From Macrostomum lignano (Eukaryota): a stretch of 64,000 nt of DNA. The DNA lies in contig NIVC01002675.1 of the NCBI GenBank assembly GCA_002269645.1, positions 1-64,000 of the forward strand, written 5' to 3'. This document shows positions 13,091-26,181 of this stretch, piece after piece (position 1 is the first letter of the stretch; every line of letters starts with the position of its first letter). Below the pieces are notes generated by a model. It had not been told where the DNA came from, searched no databases, and saw nothing but the letters and a program-made list of their open reading frames with translations. The position numbers and the translations under genes were made by a program.

Positions 13091-13661
13091 ATCTCGGTTC
13101 TTTATTTGGCCCTTGAGGTAAAGTTTGCTGACCCTGGCCTTAGGATGAGTTCTAAAGTTCTACACTCGCAGCAGTTTTTCTGGCCTTTCCAGCTTGTCAT
13201 AAATCCACTCAATCATTACTGCCCTCTTCCTGGCCTGAGCTGTCAGCTCAATGCATGGTAGATCGGCGCCAATTCGTCATCTTGGTTTGACCTTTTTCGT
13301 CACCCAGCGCCCTATGGCTGGCGTGACTGCATCGGATTAGGATTATGTCGCAGGCCTGGCACCAAGTCTTCCATGTCCTCCGCAGACTGAGCAAATATTT
13401 ATGAGATTGACTGGCGGCCACTGCCACGGTGGGGGTTCTCCTTGCTCAAGCCTGGCAATCTCATGATCAATTGACTGCCGGAGATGGAGCGGAAAGCTGC
13501 GGCTCAGCGCAGAAATTTTCCTCAACGTTGGCGGTAGGAAGTAGCGCTTGATTTCACTCGGGGGGGGGGGTTGCTTGACTTGCCTGTTGGCATTTCCAAC
13601 CAACGGTCGCCCGCCAATCTCAAGGCTTAGCTGATTAGTCTCTCTCTCTCTCTCGCTGATT

Positions 13662-14188
<527 letters not shown>

Positions 14189-14963
14189 AATAGATTTGAA
14201 CACATTTTATATGCTGCACGACACAAAATGAAAAAGAAACATGAGACTAAGTGACATCTTCACACTCATTTATGGTGCTTTCGTATGCCCCTCGGGCTAG
14301 CCTATAAAGACTTGTAGCTCCATTATGGTTTCACATTTAAATCCAGTTAACAATTGTAAGATTCCTGTATGAGTCCACTGGCTTGAGCAGAGAGATAGCA
14401 GCTGCGTCTACTAAGACTGGACTGCATGCAGAGATAGCTCGCTAAATCTTTTTAAACCGGCCTCTAACTTGCTCGATCAAAGCTTTTCGATTCCGCTTAT
14501 CAACGTTTAGCTGTTTAGCCAGCCAATTTCGATCTCAGAATTTTCAGATTGTTTTTTGTATTTTCGAAAGTCTCTGTTAGTTTGGTCAGGAGTGTTCTGA
14601 AGCTTCTTATCTCTGGCTGGCCACAGGCAGCGTATTTATGGCCTATGCTCTGCCCTCCGTGTACTGAGGTTGTTTTGCTGTATTGAAGTTTCAACCTGAG
14701 AAGGATTAGCAGTGTAGGAGTTGCGATTGCAACACGTCTGCTCAGATTTACTGAGCTTTTCTATAATATCTCAAACGTTGAAAACATTTCAGACGCTTGT
14801 TAATTAACAAGACCACGTATGATAAATATAAATTAGATTTGAACGCACATCATGTTCTATATCTTGCATCCTTGTTGTATTAAGGCCAAGAGATGGAGGA
14901 ACACCTGAGCCAAACAAACCAATTTTCAATTTTCAACAATTATTTAAGCTCTTCTTCCCGCAG

Positions 14964-16201
14964 CCTCTGCTGCTGAACCTTATTATCAACGCTGACGATC
15001 TCGGCTACTCGGCCAGGCGCGACCGGGCCATCCTGCGGCTCCTGGCCGACGGTCACGTGACGGACGCCTCCTTCATGGTCACCGGTTCGGCCTGCCGCTC
15101 CGCCGAGCTTCGCAGCTTTTTTGCTTCGAGACCGACGCCCGGGCTTCATCTGAACCTGACTGAGGGCCGGCCGGTTTGTCCGCCTGGCCAGGTGCCGAGC
15201 CTGGTGAACCCGGACACTGGCCGGTTCCTGGGCAAGCTCGGCTTTCGCGCTGCCCTTTCAGCCGGACAGGTGTCCCGGTCGGACATCCTAGCCGAGGCCG
15301 GCGCTCAGTTTGCCCGATTCGCCGAGCTCTTCGACGGACGGCCGGCCGGTCACGCCGACGGGCACCAGCACGCGCACTCGCTGCCCGGCCTGGCCGCGTC
15401 CGCCTTCGCCGAGGCCGCCGCGGCTGCTGGTGTCCATCGCGTCCGAGTGCCGGCCGAGTGCCGCCTGCCCTGGCTGGATGTCGGCGACGAGGACAACAAC
15501 AAGACTGTTGAAACTGACGGAGAGGCCCAAAGCCAACGGCGACGCTTCCTGACTGACGTATCAAACGACGCGGCTATCGCGGCCAAGCAAGAGTTTGCCT
15601 CGGCTGGCCTCACCTGGCCGGGCGCCTTCATGGGCCTGTCCAGCATGGGGGCCGAGATGCGGCTGGACAGAGTGGCCCGGCAGCTGGCCAGGCAGCTGAG
15701 CCCAGCGCTGATTAAGCTGGTATGTAGTAAATAGCTTTACTAAAGCTTCACGAAGAAAGCTCATAAACATCAAGTGATGCTTGGAGAAAATGAGGGACAA
15801 GAATATATAAGCCAACAAACATACTTTGCTGCTTCACAACTATTATTATGCGACATGCTGTCATGCACTTAAAATTCTTTTTTCCCATAACTGCCTTTCA
15901 GCGGAGCTTGTCAAATGAGCCCGCCGAGCTCTGGTGCGAGTGGATGGTGCACCCCGGCGAGCCCTGCCTGCCCGGAGAGCCTGGCTGCGGCGGCGACCCG
16001 GTGGACGAGTTTGCCTGCTCGTCGGAGCGCCGTCACGAGGCTGATTTTCTTGCCAGTGAAGAATTCGCCCACTTTCTAATGCGACCCTTCGATTGCGAAG
16101 CTTTCGTTGCTGAGCTGCCGTCAGATATTGCCGCTTCTGAGGCTGTGCGGCTGCGGCTGAGTTCATTCCATGACATGCCTCTAGTGACACAGCCTCTTTA
16201 A
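14964..16201 (+). CDS. YDJC: Carbohydrate deacetylase, YdjC/ChbG family; start-codon exon not identified
   Basis: Exons 14964-15719 and 15902-16201 (phase 0). Motifs LIINADDLGYSARRD, GLHLNLTEG, DGHQHAH, EWMVHPG and FACSSERRHE. Confidence 0.9.
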
Positions 16202-16506
16202 TCCAGGAGTCATTGCTGGTTTTGGAAACATTTGAATTATTTCGATTGCTTTAGCCATCGTCAAAATAAATTAAAATTACTCAAAAAATCAAGTTAAGCT
16301 TGGAGATAGAATTCCGGATTGTTAAATTAACAACCAACGTTCAGTATGTACTTTTTTCTTGGTTTACAACAGCTCCGTCTGTACCCTAGGGTGCAAATTA
16401 CGTGCAGGATATTCCGGTGCGAAAGTTCAATAAAACTCACTACAAAAATCTTTCTGCTCAAAACGATGGTAAGAGCGAAGTTTATCAACTCAGCTATCGA
16501 ATGCTA

Positions 16507-17936
16507 TCAAGCCTCCACCTCATCGTAGCGTTCTGAGTCGCGATGACGTCTGCCGTGTCCTCCACCGCGGTGACGTCTGCCGCGACCTCCACCACGGTGG
16601 CGACGCGAGCGATGCCTGCCTGAACGACGCCAGTGGTCGTGGCCGCTCTCGGCGCCGCCCATTGCCTGCTCCATGCTGCCGTCAATCAGGTCCATCATCT
16701 GCGCCAAGAAGTCGTCTTCGATGAGACTCGTCACTTCAACATCTGACTTCATTTCTTTGGCCTCCAGTCCGACGTAGTTCTGCAACAAATTATCCATGGA
16801 ATCGTAGGTCCTTTCGTAACATTAATATTCATACAGTAAACTTATGTGCAACTCGCAATACAAACTCAAAAGGAAACGCCTAGCCTTGTTCAATCTCAGT
16901 AAAAAATACTGGATTCTGAAGAAGCCAGGCCGCAACGTATAAAGTACATTTCATTGGCGCATGGTACGTAACTTCAAGAACCTGAAAGTTTTGAAAATCG
17001 ATTAGAGAGTGATGAGCCGGTACCTTGAACTTGCGCCACAGCCTGCGACTTCCTGACGTCTCCTCGGCAGTGCTCGAGTTGTTCTTGCAGAAGTCCGGCA
17101 CATTGTACAGCTCCCTGTCCTTGATGCCCGAGGTCACGTTGTAGTACTGGTAGTTGCCCATCATGCTGCGGAATCGCCTCTTCACTCGGTAGGCGCCCTT
17201 AATGGGCACGCACGAGCGGCTGGTGACAACGGAGAACACCTCGGTGGTCAGCGCGCGGCTGGCGTTGCGGTAGCCGTAGGCCGTCACTGGGAGGCTGTTT
17301 TGCCCGGCTCCGTAAAAGTATGGCGAGTACTGCCTGAAGAAGTCTGTAAGAGTTCGGGATTTTTAACATAAAGGTACTCATCTATGCTCTACTCTGTCAA
17401 TCAGCCTCATCCTGGCGGATTCTGGTGGGGATGGATTCTTACCTGGGATGCAGGGTCTTCTCATCGACCTCCTCAGCTTGAATGTCTTGCACTTGTCCTT
17501 GTAGATGAAGTACGCCTTCTTGGCATTGAAATCGGCCACGGTTCGGGTGTGGTAGACCCGCTTAGTCTTCTTGCAGTAGGACATTGTGCGGGCGGCCACC
17601 TTCTTGCCAGGGTAATCAATACCGACCTTGCTGTCGGACTGCGGGGCAGGCGGAGCGATTCTACGTTAAAACTAACAGATCAATGAATGAACGGGTACTT
17701 CTTTTCCATTTATTGTATTTATAAATCTCCAATTTACATTCACTTACGGCTCGAAATTTAGGGATCAGAAATTTCTTGCTAATGTGGAAGGCGCCCACGC
17801 GTCCCTCCCATTGTGTGGGCAGACAGCAGCCTTTGCCGAGCTCGCCCTTGTCGTCGGCGTAGTCGCCCATCCAGAAGAGGCTCTCCATCGCGCTGGCAGT
17901 CGCCAGCACAGTCAGGAGAAGCACTAGAGTCTTCAT
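16507..17936 (-). CDS. Ependymin-related secreted protein, copy A (325 aa, 4 exons)
   Basis: Exons 17748-17936, 17443-17638, 17024-17343, 16507-16779; phases 0/1/0. Signal peptide MKTLVLLLTVLATASA, CCLPTQWEG, SCVP and NVTSGIKD...VPDFC ependymin motifs. Confidence 0.85.
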
Positions 17937-18011
17937 GATTTTGTTGTCTGTCTTGCAAATTTAGCTTGACCAATTTTTATCGTCGGAAAAGTTATGCTAC
18001 AAATGACTGTC

Positions 18012-18018
18012 TTTTATA
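18012..18018 (-). promoter_or_regulatory. Candidate TATA box of ependymin-like copy A
   Basis: tataaaa on the minus strand about 80 nt upstream of ATG 17936, at a similar distance to the TATA of copy B. Confidence 0.4.
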
Positions 18019-19004
18019 CTGTTTTGCATATCTGACAGACGAAGGTCAAAACTTTGCACCCGCTGTCAAAGCGTTTTCCGTTCTAATTTTAGTATTCGTA
18101 GGTCTCGATGACATGACATTTATTGAAACCTGCGGCTTGAATTTTTAGTGCGTAGAAAAACAGTTTCAGATCAAATTCAAAATAACTTTCTTACAATTTT
18201 TTACGAGGTCTCCAGCTGGTAAGCATTTTGCCAGGTAATTTTTTTGTCTATCGGACGAAGGTTGAGCACATATTCAGAAGTCTTCTATACCGGTAAACAA
18301 ATGTTTAATACGCATGAAAAATCGGTGATTTCTGGGAAGGTCTCAGATTTTCTACATTTTCTATTCTCAAGTTAAACACACAGCGTTTCTATGTACAAGG
18401 TACCAAAGTGCCACGTATTTGGGGTCCGTATTGACTCTGATAACTTTCTCATCCCACTTCAGCCCGACAGACTTCAATGCGATAAAAATTTGATAATTAT
18501 GCCTTGAAGGCTGCGGTCAATGGAAGTTAGCGCTGTCTCTGTTCGGGTGCATATTATAAGCAGATTGGCTCGATGGCAAACGTCTAATGAATCAATCCGA
18601 ATTAAAAAAGAACTTTTTTAGTCTCTAGCAGAAACCCATACTTTTTTATTATTCATTTTTCTCTCACTGCACAATTTCTTGGGACCAAAAGTATCGAAAA
18701 TAAATTTTATTGGGATGCCAAAAGAATCACTACAATTGGAACCTTGTATTTCGAGCTGAGAGAGCATAAATTATGCTTTATTGCATTTAATTAACACCAT
18801 TTACAGTGTTTTACTGTTGATTTACGAGCTAGCAGACGGCTACTTGGGCAAGCCGAAAATTTCAGAGAAGGCCTATTTTTCAGCCCGAACTGTGCGCCTG
18901 AACAGTTAATTGGTTTGGCTGAAATCAATACATTGTATCGCTGCACAACGCGAGTAGAGAATGAAAGCTTACATTACCTCGCCTAACTCAGACGGGTAAT
19001 CAAG

Positions 19005-19172
19005 ACATGCAGCCCTCCTTACTTTCATCATCCTCAGCTGGCTGCCTTGGCCCACATTGGGCAAGAATCGTTTCACAACCTCCTTGTACGAATTTCACAT
19101 TCTGTGGACCACACGCGAGGAATCGAACCTAGGGACTCTCGTCGGATCTATAGTCCCCCTAGCTGGTTGACT
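19005..19172 (-). mobile_element. Possible degenerate tRNA-derived SINE (different family)
   Basis: Minus-strand B-box ggttcgattcc; A-box weak; no second copy seen. Confidence 0.3.
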
Positions 19173-20017
19173 TACTTTTTTGGAGTGGCGCATTTTGTAT
19201 CGACACCCATGTTTGTTACATGTAATACAAATCATTTTCAGATAAAACACTATCTTATTGGCCTTCAGAGAGGATAATCTTGGTAGCAAATCGGCTAAAA
19301 AATTGTCTAAAAACAGTGCATCTTACTTTAAAAATCCAAGGGACATTAACTTTGTCATTAAACAAATTCAGGGGATGTTGTATTTTTACAGGACAATATA
19401 TAAATGGAGCTTTATAGGGTCGGTCTGTAACGACTTTACTGACCGAACTTTTTATCAGGTACAGATTATTTAAAGTCATTTAAATTTTGTTTTTCTTCAT
19501 TATTTCATATGTTTTCATGGATTGAATTAACAATCTAAAGCGCTGGAAAACCCAGTAAAATTTAACTTAGAAACGCTTTGAAAAATTGATAGTGCTTATC
19601 GTGCTGCATGCAAATTTCATGTACATTGAACCCTTTTCTACTTTATCAGAGCAGCGAGGTTGCTAACGTCGTGTGCCAATACAGCAGATGCGTCATCGGA
19701 AAACTTCTCGATCTTGACAGCTCAGGTTTTCATATACTACACAGACTTCATCAGGCAGCCAGTGACACATGCTGTTACAGTTCAAGTATCGCGCCACGTC
19801 TAAAAATTGTCTCGATAAATTTCCGCCGACTTCTGACCCTCTGCGTTCTCTTATAATCAGTAAAAGTCACATGCTATTAGCCATGCAAACGTAAACTCTG
19901 CGTGGCTCGCTCTCAATCTGATTTATCCGCGTCTCCAGGTCAGCTGCAGCTTTATGTAAGTAGCAAAGTTGGCTTGCCTGGAGCGATAAGAATCTTCAAC
20001 AACAACCTATGGCCCTT

Positions 20018-20023
20018 TATAAA
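20018..20023 (+). promoter_or_regulatory. Candidate TATA box of ependymin-like copy B
   Basis: tataaa about 85 nt upstream of ATG 20106. Confidence 0.4.
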
Positions 20024-20105
20024 TACAAGCGCAAATAGGAATTTCTTCTAAATTCAACGAGCTGAGCTCTCATAAATTCAAGCAACTTTAACCCAAGCAA
20101 CAGCC

Positions 20106-21497
20106 ATGAGGACTCTGGTGCTTCTCCTGACTGTGCTGGCGACTGCCAGCGCGATGGAGAGCCTCTTCTGGATGGGCGACTACGCCGACGACAAGGGCGA
20201 GCTCGGCAAAGGCTGCTGTCTGCCCACACAATGGGAGGGACGCGTGGGCGCCTTCCACATTAGCAAGAAATTTCTGATCCCTAAATTTCGAGCCGTAAGT
20301 GAATGTAAATTGGAGATTTATAAATCCAATAAATGGAAAAGAAGTACCCGTTTATTCATTGATCTGTTAGTTTAACGTAGAATCGCTCCGCCTGCCCCGC
20401 AGTCCGACAGCAAGGTCGGTATTGATTACCCTGGCAAGAAGGTGGCCGCCCGCACAATGTCCTACTGCAAGAAGACTAAGCGGGTCTACCACACCCGAAC
20501 CGTGGCCGATTTCAATGCCAAGAAGGCGTACTTCATCTACAAGGACAAGTGCAAGACATTCAAGCTGAGGAGGTCGATGAGAAGACCCTGCATCCCAGGT
20601 AAGAATCCATCCCCACCAGAATCCGCCAGAATGAGGCTGATTGACAGAGTAGAGCATAGATGAGTACCTCTATGTTAAAAATCCCGAACTCTTACAGACT
20701 TCTTCAGGCAGTACTCGCCATACTTTTACGGAGCCGGGCAAAACAGCCTCCCCGTGACGGCCTACGGCTACCGCAACGCCAGCCGCGCGCTGACCACCGA
20801 GGTGTTCTCCGTTGTCACCAGCCGCTCGTGCGTGCCCATTAAGGGCGCCTACCGAGTGAAGAGGCGATTCCGCAGCATGATGGGCAACTACCAGTACTAC
20901 AACGTGACCTCGGGCATCAAGGACAGGGAGCTGTACAATGTGCCGGACTTCTGCAAGAACAACTCGAGCACTGCCGAGGAGACGTCAGGAAGTCGCAGGC
21001 TGTGGCGCAAGTTCAAGGTACCGGCTCATCACTCTCTAATCGATTTTCAAAACTTTCAGGTTCTTGAAGTTACGTACCATGCGCCAATGAAATGTACTTT
21101 ATACGTTGCGGCCTGGCTTCTTCAGAATCCAGTCTTTTGACTGAGACTGAACAAGGCTAGGCGTTTCCTTTTGAGTTTGTATTGCGAGTTGCACATAAGT
21201 TTACCGTATGTATATAAATGTTACGAAAGGACCTACGATTCCATGGATAATTTTTTGCAGAACTACGTCGGACTGGAGGCCAAAGAAATGAAGTCAGATG
21301 TTGAAGTGACGAGTCTCGTCGAAGACGACTTCCTGGCGCAGATGATGGACCTGATTGACGGCAGCATGGAGCAGGCAATGGGCGGCGCCGAGGGCGGCCA
21401 CGACCACTGGCGTCGTTCAGGCAGGCATCGCTCGCGTCACCACCGCGGTGGAGGTCGCGGCAGACGTGATCGTCGACGTGAAGATACGGAAATCTAA
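20106..21497 (+). CDS. Ependymin-related secreted protein, copy B (313 aa, 4 exons)
   Basis: Exons 20106-20294, 20403-20598, 20698-21017, 21261-21497; inverted near-identical copy of 16507-17936. Confidence 0.85.
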
Positions 21498-23143
21498 TGC
21501 TGCTATCCTCTGCTCAGATTACAATTGCATCAAATAACGCACTTCGCTTTGCTTTTGTTTGTATCTCGTTTATTAGAAATGCATTAAAGTAAAGGTTACG
21601 ATATACATCGCTTCGGTTATTGTGATTTTTTATAGTTACTACGGACCTGTACCGATAAATATAAATACAGCAAAGATCAAGTATTTTACGATGTGAAACA
21701 CGCTGATATGTGATTTTCTCCGTGTATTAACAATTGGCAAATATACTGTTAACACCATGTACACTGTAAGCTGTACTTTTACTTCGATAAGCCCTGATGG
21801 TTTAACCTATACCACAATTATGCTCATCGCCCCTGCTCAGGTCAGTCAAGCTCTGAAGACCATCATGCGTTTTGATGCCGCGTGTTATCTGGAATTCGTC
21901 GTTAGATTTCACGATTTAAAGTTTTTAGACGATTTTTACAAGTTTAAGTTGCGTTAGAATGATACGTCTAGGAGACCACCGTGTTACGTAAAAATGCTGC
22001 TCGGGCGCTGCCGGGGCAGACTCAATACCAAAGGCTTTGAGCTTTCAGAGCTGACCCAATACGATACATCTACGTCACCTGCCAAATGACGCACATTTAA
22101 TATCGTGAACTCCATTCCAAAAAAAGCCTAAAGTTAAGTCTAAATACCAACGAATACATATACACCACCGCTAAACTGCTAAACGGCCAAATCTTCAGCT
22201 TCTCAGCTACAGGCATGGTTTTTGGCCTGTCTGATTCAAGACAGGCGGCCATTCGGTGCATTATCGAAGCTTGAGAGACGCCAAGCGCAATAAATGTGCA
22301 TGGTGTTTACATTGAACTTTTTCCTTTAGGTATGGTGTAGCCGCTCGAATAGACCTGTACAGCGATTCCAGTGCGTTTGTCCAGTCCAGCCACGGCTAAA
22401 AAGGTGTCTTTCAGGGCGACAAGCTAGCCCCCCTCTGCTCTTTATCGTAGTTATGAACTACATGCTTCACTGGACGCTGATGCCCGAGTGAAGACGATGG
22501 TGACGTTCTGCACTGGTTCCACACCGAAGCTCCCGGCATCCTGCCTTATTGCTGCGTGCTCTCCTTTACAAATAGAACTACGCTGAAGATATCGGCCCTT
22601 GTGTGTCACCATCCGGCTGTCGCGCTTAGCACGTTCTCTCCAGAGTCTTCAAGCCCGTACGGCAATCCGACGAATTCCCGACGTCGCTGAAAAATATGTA
22701 CGTACTTTTACAAATTACACCGACGTTCAACCGACGTTTGAAGCCGTTGTCCGTCGATGTTATTAAAAAGTACATTTTTGTCAGCGACGTCAATAGACAT
22801 CGGAAACGACAGTCAACGTCGGATTGCTGCCGAGAAGGAGGGCAATGGCGTCGGACTGGTGATCAACGCATCCGAGACTGAAGTGCATAATTTTTGGCAA
22901 GCTCATAATCCCCAAACGTCTCCAGATGCTGCTCTGACACTGTCTGAGCACGGACTACATAAATGCCGTTAAAGTCATCCGTGTGTCTAAGTCAAGACCC
23001 TTGAGGCCAATACCGTGACTTTGAGTGAAAATGGCAGGCCATGCGACTCAGCCCTCAGTCCGCTATATCTCCTCCTCTCACACTGCAAACGTGTGTCAAA
23101 CTATAAGCTTTTGTTTCTCATTTGCTTTCTTTACCGCTTCCTA

Positions 23144-26100
23144 CCCAGTGAAAAATGATTCATGGATTCCACGTGGGTTCCACGTGGCCATGTGGAATTT
23201 AAATGTTTCTTTATTTTTTGCAAATTATTAACTTAAAGATGACATAATGGTATGCAAAGTATTTTTTATGCATTATTTTTTTATTTTTACTGTCCTAATG
23301 TTGATGTGGATTTTACAAGGAATTCATGAGAAATAAGCGTATATTGATTCAACATGGAATCCACTTCGATAAAAAACTGTGATACACCACATTCAGACAT
23401 TTTTAGGAAATTACTATAATTAATTATTACATTTATATGTTTTTAAGTTAAAATTAATATCTTAAAGCTAAATTATAATCGGCAAATAAGACACTGTTTG
23501 TTAAAATAGACAAAGTAGAAGTGAACAATAAAAAACGCTTCGTGCTTTTTAAAATTAAATTAATTTTATTTTATATTCGTCAATGTTTTGGTTCAAGGCC
23601 TTGAAAGATAAATTGCCTTGTTTATGGCTATTTAAGCACCTTAAAAATTTTAGTAGACCTAGCCTATAGGCAATAACTTATCAGGCCATAGCCTCCATGA
23701 GATTAGAAATTAGATAAATCAGTATTTTATCATAGATATAGGCCTAATACTTTTGGTAAAATCTATGATAAATTTATTTAGGCCTAGGCCTCCAATTTCT
23801 AGAAATCCCATGGCCATGTCCATAGATTGGCTACTCATTTTTTTAACTTAAATAGACCTTTAGAAGTTCATAATTTCCTCTTAGTCCTAGGCCTACCTAT
23901 TATTAGTCCTATCTATTTATATGTATGCTTATTAGGCGTATTTTAAGCTAGGCCTGCTATAACTATCAATTTAGGTCCTTCTATTTTAATTAAGGTTAGG
24001 ACTAGCTTGACTTTGTGAATTGTGACTAGTCAATCTAGTTAATATGTTAAAAATCAATTAATTTATGATTTTCTTCAAAAAAGTCTGTTAGCATCTTTTG
24101 GACTTGTTGCATTTTTAAAAACAATATTATTAATTATAATAAATAATTCTTTGCAATTACACTTGCAACTTGCTTTTGGCATAGCTAGCCTAGCAGATCC
24201 CTAAGGTTGCTATTAAAAATAAAGAATGATTATTGTAAATTTGATCTGATTTAGGCCAAGTCCAGAATTTAATTTTAAGCCATAAGGCATAGCTATTTAG
24301 GCTTAGGTTAGGCCTAATGTTTAATTATACTATTTTTTTTATTAGAGGCAGGGGGGTTGTGTGCACCCTGGCGCACTTTAAGCAACATAGGCATACAACT
24401 GGCAAGAGGCATTGCTGCCTATTCCGCCGACTCCCCTAAGCAGGCACACAAGTGTGCGGATATGTATGCAAGCATACTCATACAGGAATGTACAGCGGCC
24501 CTAGCTTTATTTATCCTTAGGCATGTATACTTCACTGTGCCTTGGGGGGTTGGCTCTCAAGGCCATTAATTGCATGAGCAGAGAGCCAAGCTGAGATTCC
24601 AATTCAGCCCCAAATTAATATGACTGTACTTGGATTCGAGCTTGGGTCGTTGGCACACCAGAGCAGCTGCGCTACTACTTGGCTACGGCCCCCCTTTTAA
24701 TCATACTAGGCCAGCAAATATGAAAAACATGCATTGCTTTGCCTAAATACTTTATAGTCTAAAATCAATTTTAAAATAAAAAATTAAATTTATGGAAACA
24801 TATATTAATTATTTTTATACTTATTATTTTAATTTTATTAATTTTATTTTATTGATTGACTTAGGTAGGGTTTTCTTTTTTGCTAGAGACAAGGTGCAAA
24901 ATCATACCCTATGCTCACTTTTAGGGTTTTATGATTTTAAGGCTTAGAATGTAGTTTCTTTTTTTTCTTATATAAAGGCAATGCAAATAAGGCTTCAACA
25001 TAAAAATAGGTAATGAGATCGCACCTAAACTGTATCAACTTTTTAATTTCAGTTTTTAAGGTACAATTTTAAGATTTAGGGTGCACTTGACTTACTTGAC
25101 TTAGCTGCAGGGGGCTCTGTGCATCTGGAAACAGCGAGGAGGCATTGCTGCCCATTTCGCTAACCCCTGGCGAAGGCATATGCACACTTTGCGCTAAAAA
25201 AATAAACCTAAGACTTAGGCCTAGTTAATTTTAAAATAAACTTTATTAAGTATTCATCCTTAAATTAGTTTTATGAATTATATCAATATTATCTATCAAT
25301 CTTAATTGGCAACAATTATTTTTCTATTTCATTTCAGCCTAACATTACATGGCCCATCCTTAAACTTGGATGTCACCTTGGTCTTGCCTTTGAAGAAGCA
25401 TGCAAAGCTACTTGGAATTGGAATTTAATATCTCGAATGCTACCTTTTGTGAAGCAATGGTAAGTTTTAGTTATAAACTGATTTTTTTCTGTCATCAAAA
25501 TCTGTTATAAGATCAAAATCTATAAAAATCTATTACAAAATCTGTTATCAATCTGTTATAAAATTCTGTAATTTAACCCCTTTCTTTTCTAAGGTTGCTC
25601 ACCTGACCTGAAGAAGCAGCATTCTGGCAATTGGCAGCAGCATGTTTCTGACTGTTCTAATTCTGGTGCATTATATTATTGTTAATTAATTAATGCTATT
25701 GACAATGTCAATTTCAAATTATATATTATATCATATGCGCAGCGCAACTTTAAAGATATCAATATCTACATCAGTGTGTTTATTCTTTGTGTGCTAGTGA
25801 CTCACTACTGTACATAAATACACCTTACTTATTGATACATCCTTTTTGAATATATTTTTGTGCAGAAATATTTTTGGCTATAGCTAATGTTTTATCTGTG
25901 TTTCAGTTTCTTTTATATGGTATTGAGATCTGGGGTTTGTATGAAATTTTGAGATCTGGTATTATTTTGAGATTTAGGATGCAACAATTTATTATGGCAA
26001 CCAGTATAATGGCTGCTTACTCAATGACAATGTGGATTCTATGTGAAATACATAATTACTTCCATGTGGATCTTCCATGTGGAATCCATATCTTGATTCC

Positions 26101-26181
26101 ACATGGATGGACGGAGACAAATGCACATATGGATTTCATATGAAAAATCCACATGGAATCCATATCATTTTTTTCACTGGG
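23144..26181. mobile_element. Non-autonomous TIR DNA transposon (EnSpm/CMC-like), 3,038 bp
   Basis: Termini ta|cccagtgaaaaatgat and atcattttttt cactggg|ta (TA TSD). Subterminal ttccacatgg/ccatgtgga repeats at both ends. AT-rich interior with no transposase ORF. Confidence 0.7.
24345..24694 (-). mobile_element. Degenerate tRNA-derived SINE nested in the TIR element; partial second copy at about 25104-25190
   Basis: Minus strand ggggggccgtagccaagtag (A-box) and gctcgaatcc (B-box with 1 mismatch). The gaggcattgctgcc segment recurs near 25140. Confidence 0.5.

Noticed and set aside
14940-16201. YDJC as a recent bacterial transfer
   Set aside because: Animals have a YDJC ortholog; this copy has an intron and animal-like motifs (RRD, ERxHE).
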